Virus record (IMG/VR): IMGVR_UViG_2636415703_000001
Coordinates: 1 to 64,000 of that record
Strand: one strand, 5' to 3'
DNA: 64,000 nucleotides
From: a virus
Lineage: Duplodnaviria; Caudoviricetes
Part shown: in pieces, positions 57,574 through 64,000 of the stretch
Numbering within the stretch: the stretch's first letter is position 1
Layout: each line of letters starts with the position of its first letter
Position numbers and translations under genes: made by a program
Notes under the pieces: generated by a model
The model's database searches: none
Told to the model about the DNA's origin: nothing
What the model saw: the letters and a program-made list of their open reading frames with translations, nothing else

Positions 57574-59151
57574 TTAACGGAACAGCGTTGGCTTACCGAC
57601 AATGCGGCGGGATGATCCGGTAGGGCAGACAGACCAGGAGGCTTCCCACAGGTCGATATCTTTCTGCACGACGGAAACAACAAAAGGCTGGGTGCCTTGC
57701 GTGACGTCACGCGGTTTAACCAGTGCTTCAGCGGCAACGAAGCGCTCCAGCAGATCGGTTAAGCCATCAGTCAGGCCTTTGAAGGTGATACCGTCCGGCT
57801 CATGCTTCAGCGCTTCTGCCACGTCATAAAAACCGCGTGCGATCGCATTCATCAGCGAACTGATGTGCTGCAGGCGCAGGTAGTTGTTTTTGGCGAACGT
57901 GGTCAGGGAGTCGTCGATATACATGTTCCCGGCTTTATCGAGGCTGACCGGGTTGATGCGCGCAGTGACAAAGGCTTCGCGGTCGATCTCGTCCAGGTTC
58001 GGGATAGGCTTGATGTTCTGACGGTTGATGATTGCGCGTGACACGCCAGCCGGTGAGTAGTGCCAGCCGCCGACGTCGGAAACCAGCGCCACACCCTTCG
58101 CCTTCGCCACAAACGCGTCACAGGAGATACCCCAGTTAACGTTGGTGCCGGTAAATGCGTCGCGTGCGGTGTACGGCCAGTAATAGCGCGCTGGCTGATG
58201 GGAACCGCCGAGGCCGTGGCCCTGTGCCTCTTCAATAGCTGCAGCAGACAGCTGCGCGCCGTGAACGTCATAAAACACGTCGGTACGGGTGTCTTCTCCC
58301 AGTTTGACCAGCGCCGCAATGACGGTCGGGTCATAGCAGCCCAGCGACAGTACAGCGGTCCAGGAGAACATGGATTTACGCAGAACTGTCAGGGCTTTGG
58401 TGTAGTCAGCAGTGGCAATAGCAGACAGATCGCCATCGGAACCGCCGCTGAACTGCATATCGTCAAAGCCTTCGGTGATCGACTGCATCAGTGTTTCAAC
58501 GTCATCAGACACGATAGCGCGCAGACGGGTTGAACCATTTTCCAGCGCGGTTGGCAGGAAGGCAGGCGATCCCATGTCGCTGGTGGCGTTGGCGTTGAAA
58601 GAAATCTGGTGAGATTCCAGCACTGACTCACCGCCAGCCGCGTCAACTTCCTTCAGCGTCAGGATGTAGAAGCCCGGTGCCGTTTTATCGGCTTCCATGC
58701 TCAGTGTGCGGTTAGCTGAAGCATCGCCATCCTCGATGTAAATCATCGCTGCGGCGCCAGCCGCCAGAACCGGATCGGAAGAAGGCGCAAAGTTGCTGGC
58801 CTCCACGCTCAACTCCTTCATGGTGGTATCAGCCATCAGGGACAGGGCAGGGATCTTCATACCCGGCGCCGCCACACGGACCACATAGCCATCACCGCCG
58901 TTAACGGCAGTCGCTACGTGGCGCAGCGGCTCAAATGCCGCACCACTGCGCGGGTGAATGGCTTCACCCAGCACCGATTGATAGTTATCAGCCGTAACAC
59001 GCAGAACAGCGCCGATTTTGCCGCGACGGGCAATGACCAGACCGGCAAAGACGGACGCACCGCCAGAGGCAACGGAAGTCGTCGCGTCAGCGTTGACTTC
59101 CTGCACCGCGATGCCGGATGCCTGGCCCACAGAAAAACGAATCTTATTCAT
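57574..59151 (-). CDS. Tail sheath protein (gp22)
   Basis: WHYSPAG..R, ARINPV, NYLR; 525 aa. Confidence 0.88.
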   Translation of the reverse strand: MNKIRFSVGQASGIAVQEVNADATTSVASGGASVFAGLVIARRGKIGAVLRVTADNYQSVLGEAIHPRSGAAFEPLRHVATAVNGGDGYVVRVAAPGMKIPALSLMADTTMKELSVEASNFAPSSDPVLAAGAAAMIYIEDGDASANRTLSMEADKTAPGFYILTLKEVDAAGGESVLESHQISFNANATSDMGSPAFLPTALENGSTRLRAIVSDDVETLMQSITEGFDDMQFSGGSDGDLSAIATADYTKALTVLRKSMFSWTAVLSLGCYDPTVIAALVKLGEDTRTDVFYDVHGAQLSAAAIEEAQGHGLGGSHQPARYYWPYTARDAFTGTNVNWGISCDAFVAKAKGVALVSDVGGWHYSPAGVSRAIINRQNIKPIPNLDEIDREAFVTARINPVSLDKAGNMYIDDSLTTFAKNNYLRLQHISSLMNAIARGFYDVAEALKHEPDGITFKGLTDGLTDLLERFVAAEALVKPRDVTQGTQPFVVSVVQKDIDLWEASWSVCPTGSSRRIVGKPTLFR

Positions 59152-59197
59152 GTGAAATATCCATGAAATGCCCCCTTAACGGGGGCGTTAAGGGGGA

Positions 59198-60937
59198 TTA
59201 GCTGCCAGTAGTGGTAGCTGCTGCTTCAGGTGCGGTTTCGCCTTCGATCTGCTTACCGGTCAGCATGTTGTATGCGCCGACTTTGGTATTGGTCAGGGTC
59301 AGCTTGGCGAAGTAGTTTTCACCATTGCGCGGGTGCAGCTCATTCAGGGAAGAGCCCCAGAGCGTCGTGCGGTTAACCAGCGACGGGTTGGTTTCGTGGA
59401 CGTACGGAATGGCCGGAACTGCGTCACCCGCGATCAGGCCTGCGTCACCGATGGAATCGCCGCGACCGTAGAAAAGAATGTCCTCTTTACCCAGCGCCAC
59501 GCCGTTGGCCACGAACTGATCGCAGATTGCCGTAGGCACTTCGAAGATCTGATAGATGCCGAACAGGGTGCCGATACGCTGGATGTACGGAGACTGCACA
59601 AAGTTAGGATCCGCCTGGAAGACATTAGCAGGCAGGCTCTTCAGGAAGTTAGCCGCTTCACCACCAGCAAAGCCACCACGAATACCGGCCTTACGCGTAC
59701 GGTTCACCATGTCAGTGCTCAGCTGAGTGATCGCGTGCTTCATCAGGCCTACCCACGATTCGTAGGTCTGGCCTTCCGGCAGTGCTACGTCAAATTCACG
59801 GTCATAAACGTTGTGGAATGCCATCGTGCGCAGACGCATCATGTCCTGCTCATGGCTCAGCCAGTTACGCATAGCAGTAAACTGCGTAGAGGACAGGTTG
59901 ATGCCAAATTCGCGACTCAGATCAGATGCGGCCATTACGGTGTGCTCAGACGCGATCACGAACTGTGACGGCTTAACGGTGAACTCACGCATGGACTGGT
60001 TAATAACCGGGATCAGGCCTGGTGCTTTCTCAACGTTGATTTCAACTTGTGCCGCCAGCTCGGTACCTTTCGCCGGTGCATCGGTGAAGGTCACAGCGAT
60101 GGTGCCTTTGTCGTAATCAACCTTACAGGTAGCCGCAAAGGCATTGCCTTTGACGTCTTTATCGGAGAAATACAGGTTGCCGTCGCCGTCATCGACTTTG
60201 CCCGGACGACGGTTGATCAGCAGCTTGGCGCGGCCAGCACGAATCGGCATATCAGCGCCTTCCACGGTCTTCATGGAGAAGGTGAAGGTTTTCTTGGTGC
60301 CGTCCGGCTGCATGGCGGCAGGGAACGGATACAGGCGCTTCATCTGCGAGTACACAGCAGCAGACTGCATGTGCATTTCGTCGCCCTGGTCAAAGGTACC
60401 GAACTTCGTACCGGCAACGTTCAGGAGCTCGTAGATCTTCGCTTCATCGCGCTCACACGGGACAAAGGTACACGCGTCGCTGGTGGCCGCGCCCAGCACA
60501 GCTGGCAAAATCAGGGCGGCAAACTGCGCCTGACGCAGTACACCATCAGAAGTGCGCATGTCAGCCGCGACAGATTCAAACATCGCCTTGCCGTTGCCTT
60601 CGTGCTTCTCAGCCGCTGATTCGATCATCAGGTTTTCCAGCGCACGGCTGGCGTTCGCCAGCTGGTCAGCTGGTGGATAATGACCGTGGCGCTCTTTGTA
60701 CTCGATCATGCTCGACGCCCAGGCGGTGCCGACAATACGGCAAAACTCCGGATTAGCGCCTTCAAACATCGGATCCTGGCCTGCTGCAGCGCCAATGTTC
60801 TGAGACATTTCGACGCGATCAGAAATCATAGCGCCAGAGGCATTGCGCTGCGCATCAACGGTAAAAGCCATAACACGCGAGGCGCGGGTCATGATGTCCT
60901 GCTCACGCATACGTGCAGGGGTAATATCTTTGCTCAC
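59198..60937 (-). CDS. Major capsid protein (gp23)
   Basis: 579 aa; ALILP..LGAAT.DACTF, AGDAVP; heads the late operon. Confidence 0.88.
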   Translation of the reverse strand: MSKDITPARMREQDIMTRASRVMAFTVDAQRNASGAMISDRVEMSQNIGAAAGQDPMFEGANPEFCRIVGTAWASSMIEYKERHGHYPPADQLANASRALENLMIESAAEKHEGNGKAMFESVAADMRTSDGVLRQAQFAALILPAVLGAATSDACTFVPCERDEAKIYELLNVAGTKFGTFDQGDEMHMQSAAVYSQMKRLYPFPAAMQPDGTKKTFTFSMKTVEGADMPIRAGRAKLLINRRPGKVDDGDGNLYFSDKDVKGNAFAATCKVDYDKGTIAVTFTDAPAKGTELAAQVEINVEKAPGLIPVINQSMREFTVKPSQFVIASEHTVMAASDLSREFGINLSSTQFTAMRNWLSHEQDMMRLRTMAFHNVYDREFDVALPEGQTYESWVGLMKHAITQLSTDMVNRTRKAGIRGGFAGGEAANFLKSLPANVFQADPNFVQSPYIQRIGTLFGIYQIFEVPTAICDQFVANGVALGKEDILFYGRGDSIGDAGLIAGDAVPAIPYVHETNPSLVNRTTLWGSSLNELHPRNGENYFAKLTLTNTKVGAYNMLTGKQIEGETAPEAAATTTGS

Positions 60938-60987
60938 AATTCAGCCCTTTTTTCAGGGCGCGGCTGCGAGGGAATTTTTGACGAGGC

Positions 60988-61008
60988 AAATTTATGCGGT
61001 TTGTACTT
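60988..61008 (-). promoter_or_regulatory. Putative late promoter of capsid operon
   Basis: AAAGTACA-AACCGCA-TAAATT. Confidence 0.6.
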
Positions 61009-61106
61009 TGCGGTGTGATAGAGGCAAGAAAAGATTTTAAAATCTAAGGAAAAAATTTATTTTTTGATGTACCTTTTCCGCATGTAATTGACCACTGGTA
61101 ATCCTC

Positions 61107-61535
61107 ATGTCTTATAAGCTCTATTTTCAGTACATCAACGGTACCAAATCGCACACCTTATCGACCGGAAGCCAGCGCGATGCCCGTCTCCATCTGGACT
61201 ATTTGCTCAGCGAAAAAGAGCCACGCTCGCTGTCTAAACAAATCGTCATCATGTACGGCGCTGAAATCATCATGGAGGCATGCCCGACGTTAGAGGACGA
61301 CGCTATCCGTGGTATGGCGCGCTGGCGCAGGGCAGGAAATACGCAGCAGATGCACAACCCGGTAACAGCTTCCATTTACATGCCACTTGCGGCGCGGGAA
61401 TTTCTGGTTAATCAGGGTGACGGTTCCCTGGCAGCGGGCATGCGTAAAATTATGCTGGAGATTGGCGGGCCAGAAGTGGCGGCGGGCTACATGGTTGAAG
61501 CTATAAAGAATCAACCTGAGCCATTTATAAGATAA
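61107..61535 (+). CDS. Hypothetical protein, possible C-terminal DNA-binding domain
   Basis: ASIYMP...GDGSLAAGMR; operator-like motif upstream. Confidence 0.55.
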   Translation: MSYKLYFQYINGTKSHTLSTGSQRDARLHLDYLLSEKEPRSLSKQIVIMYGAEIIMEACPTLEDDAIRGMARWRRAGNTQQMHNPVTASIYMPLAAREFLVNQGDGSLAAGMRKIMLEIGGPEVAAGYMVEAIKNQPEPFIR

Positions 61536-61567
61536 TATTTTGAAAGTAAACTGATTCTTTTAAATTA

Positions 61568-61597
61568 AAAAACAGCCGCCTATTAGCGGCTGTTTTT
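61568..61597. terminator. Bidirectional terminator
   Basis: AAAAACAGCCGC-CTATTA-GCGGCTGTTTTT. Confidence 0.75.
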
Positions 61598-63263
61598 ATT
61601 TTTTACTATTAGTAGTAAGAGGCACTATAGTGAAACTATCCACGGAAAACCCAAACACTCTTTCAAAACTAGATTTAACCCACACCTCAACTTTTTTCTT
61701 GCCGCTATTATTAGAAAGCCACTTCGCATCGCATACAAAATCTCCCTTCCCAAAAGCCCATTGATTGCAAAGGTCATAAACAGTAACTGATTGATAAAAC
61801 TTCGTAGCAGTATCCTCAAGTACTTGAACATCTATACCTGGCAAGGGTGCTGGCACTATTTCTTGATGTCTATTTTCTATGAAAACAGCTTGATGCTTGT
61901 AATAAAGATGTGTAGCTCGGAGATTGCCTTGCGCCGGATTAACAAACATGCTCGGCCAGCAGAAAATCTCAGGACTTTTCAGTTTATCCATTTGAAAACT
62001 TAAAAACCTACCAAATATCAAGCGGACGGGTAAGTTTGCATCACTATAACTAAAATCATCATTCTCTTTAATTAACCGCTGAAGGTTTTTGCTATTTTTA
62101 CACCAGCCATTTATCTCCCCTAAGTATTTCCTAGGGCTAATATAACCTAGTTCATCACAAAGTGCAGTGGAAATAGTCCAATACTCTTCAGAAGAATGTA
62201 ACTTTATATAAGATTTAAACTGCTCATACTTAGTACTTACTGTAATACATAGCTTTTCAAATCTAATTGCAGGGTTAATATCGTGTGTAAATCTTTCAGG
62301 TTGGGAAAGATCAAAAATTAAACCCTCTGCAGGATTGATAGCAATATCGATCAGTAGTAAATAGAGCGCCACCAGTGGGCTTTCAATGCTGTCAGGCCTT
62401 TTCCCGTCATTTACAACATCAAGGAAAAACCTAAATGCATTATAGTACTTTCCACTAAGCATATTTGCACTGTCAAAAAAAGCCCAATCACAAGCACTTC
62501 TTTTAAAAAAAGTCCTGATGTAAAGCATTTGATTAAATCTTGCCTGACCTTCATACAAATCAACAAGGTTTAAGGTAGGAAAATATTCATTGTTGCCTTC
62601 TGCATCTTTATGTCCCTCTCCATCAAAGTATTTATTTATATTTTCACAAAAAACCTTAGCGGTAGGTATAAGATAGTTTTCTTCACCAAATGTTGTCTCA
62701 AGCAATAATAAGTGATGAAAAAACACTTTCGACATAACATCTATAGCTGATGTAAATCCTTCACTCTTTTTTAATTCGTCAATTCCACTCGATTCTTTTA
62801 ATATCGCATGGTAATTATATATACTCACGTAAGAATCCAATAAAGAACATATTACTGGAACTTCTTGCTCGGTTATTGTGTAATCATGACTTTTGGCATA
62901 AGCAACAATTGGTTTGAATTTCCCACTTAACTTCGAAAATTCGTCAAAATCTTCTTTATTACAAATAGCCAGAGCTGGTAAGCTTAAACTAAAAATTATA
63001 CCTGACAAAGATCCTATATACTGCCACCAATGCAGGTTTTCATGTAGTGCAGTTGATCCTGCAAAAACAATCTCTCCTTTAGTTAAAAGGTGCAAGTCCT
63101 CTTCTGCATCATTTTTTCTCAGCACCTCCTGGACATCTGGATTTACACGTAATGTATAATATGTAAAAGTATAAACCCCCCTTATATAACCGCCAGGCTC
63201 TAATGGACCAAATTTATCTTGAAGACTCATATCAACAATTAGTTTTTCTATTTTACCTTTCAT
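61596..63263 (-). CDS. AT-rich HExxH (metallopeptidase-like) protein
   Basis: TALHENLHWWQ and downstream LYEGQARF. Confidence 0.65.
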   Translation of the reverse strand: MKGKIEKLIVDMSLQDKFGPLEPGGYIRGVYTFTYYTLRVNPDVQEVLRKNDAEEDLHLLTKGEIVFAGSTALHENLHWWQYIGSLSGIIFSLSLPALAICNKEDFDEFSKLSGKFKPIVAYAKSHDYTITEQEVPVICSLLDSYVSIYNYHAILKESSGIDELKKSEGFTSAIDVMSKVFFHHLLLLETTFGEENYLIPTAKVFCENINKYFDGEGHKDAEGNNEYFPTLNLVDLYEGQARFNQMLYIRTFFKRSACDWAFFDSANMLSGKYYNAFRFFLDVVNDGKRPDSIESPLVALYLLLIDIAINPAEGLIFDLSQPERFTHDINPAIRFEKLCITVSTKYEQFKSYIKLHSSEEYWTISTALCDELGYISPRKYLGEINGWCKNSKNLQRLIKENDDFSYSDANLPVRLIFGRFLSFQMDKLKSPEIFCWPSMFVNPAQGNLRATHLYYKHQAVFIENRHQEIVPAPLPGIDVQVLEDTATKFYQSVTVYDLCNQWAFGKGDFVCDAKWLSNNSGKKKVEVWVKSSFERVFGFSVDSFTIVPLTTNSKK

Positions 63264-63410
63264 ATTAACAATTGATATTTGATGAATGGTTCAATCAGTT
63301 TACTAACAAAGTTAAGTAAAAAAAAGCATAGGAGTGATTTATCATTGAATCCGCTCACAATCTCTAAAACCCCCTTAAGATTCATGAGCGACTTTAACAT
63401 TCTAAATAAA

Positions 63411-63713
63411 TTACAGGCTAATGTTATGACTTGAGACTAAGCCATTTCGCCGGTTGCATTCATCGATTGCTGTCAGGATCCCCGCTACATAAGCGGGCAG
63501 CTGATCAGTGAATCCCGGTATGTTTTCATCCACCAAGCACGGCTGATAAGCCTGCGCTTTTTGAGGCGGCAGCTCCACCAGCTTTGTGACCGTCACGACT
63601 TCGGGCGTTAACGGCTCGGGCTTTGTCGCGGAGCATGCGAATAACGCTGGCAGGCAAAGCAGTATGATTAACACCAGCAAGCAATATCGCACGGTTGATC
63701 TCATCGATTTCAT
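63411..63713 (-). CDS. Outer-membrane lipoprotein o-spanin (Rz1/Mlp-like)
   Basis: Signal peptide with lipobox LFAC; Pro-rich; overlaps i-spanin. Confidence 0.7.
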   Translation of the reverse strand: MKSMRSTVRYCLLVLIILLCLPALFACSATKPEPLTPEVVTVTKLVELPPQKAQAYQPCLVDENIPGFTDQLPAYVAGILTAIDECNRRNGLVSSHNISL

Positions 63714-63999
63714 TTTGACTATCCTCTTTAATTTTCTCTAATTCCTGCTCCAGCTCAGCCTGCTTTTGGGCGTATTCCTGTCGGTCCTTTTCCCGCTTAG
63801 CAAGGGTCTGCTGCAGCGTGGCTGTCTGCGCTTGCTGATCGGAAAGCGCGGCTTTCAGCGTGCTGTTATTGCCTATGAGCGTTTTGTTGTTAGTGGTTAG
63901 CGCATTGTTGGCTGACTCCAGCGCCGCGACGTGCGCCAGGTGCTCTGTGACTGTGACGTAGCCCTTATGGACCAGCAGCAGCAGAGCCGCGCATAGCGC
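63526..63999 (-). CDS. i-spanin (Rz-like), 5' truncated by window edge
   Basis: Manual translation: TM end ALCAALLLLV, coiled coil, ALPASVIRML, stop at 63526. Confidence 0.7.
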   Translation of the reverse strand, partial: ALCAALLLLVHKGYVTVTEHLAHVAALESANNALTTNNKTLIGNNSTLKAALSDQQAQTATLQQTLAKREKDRQEYAQKQAELEQELEKIKEDSQNEIDEINRAILLAGVNHTALPASVIRMLRDKARAVNARSRDGHKAGGAAASKSAGLSAVLGG

Positions 64000-64000
64000 C

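Noticed and set aside
63365-63386. Additional C1 operator-like site
   Set aside because: Needs a 1-nt insertion in the core (AATCTTAAG); too weak

Overview
The window is about 64 kb of a P1/D6-like phage-plasmid (temperate myovirus) of an enterobacterial host, possibly Pantoea-like given its lox-type site. Homology calls come from recalled similarity to P1 proteins, catalytic motifs and synteny; no database search was run. Core genes: humD, dUTPase, Cre-family recombinase with a 34-bp rox/pox-like site, c1, pacB/pacA with an internal TGATCA pac array, a ParM/ParR-type partition pair, lpa, pmgS, lxr, lxc-ulx-darB, portal, pro, repL with an internal ori, endolysin, ddrB-ddrA-darA-hdf-lydB-lydA, tail fibre, baseplate, tape measure, tube, sheath, major capsid and spanins. 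Two dispersed motifs are visible: candidate C1 operators (core AWTCTAAG) and a late-promoter motif (AAWKTACA-N7-TAMMNT). The most unusual element is a 2.1-kb, nearly ORF-free, operator-preceded region (14.6-16.75 kb, minus strand). It is packed with degenerate tRNA-like folds, repeated long stems, a duplicated RNA module and complementary loops, and leads into a Tad2/DUF2829-like gene. Also notable: a C4 antisense cassette placed on a Tad2-like gene rather than icd-ant, three Tad2-like genes in total, an antisense-regulated membrane peptide, and several AT-rich orphan genes that may be defence morons.
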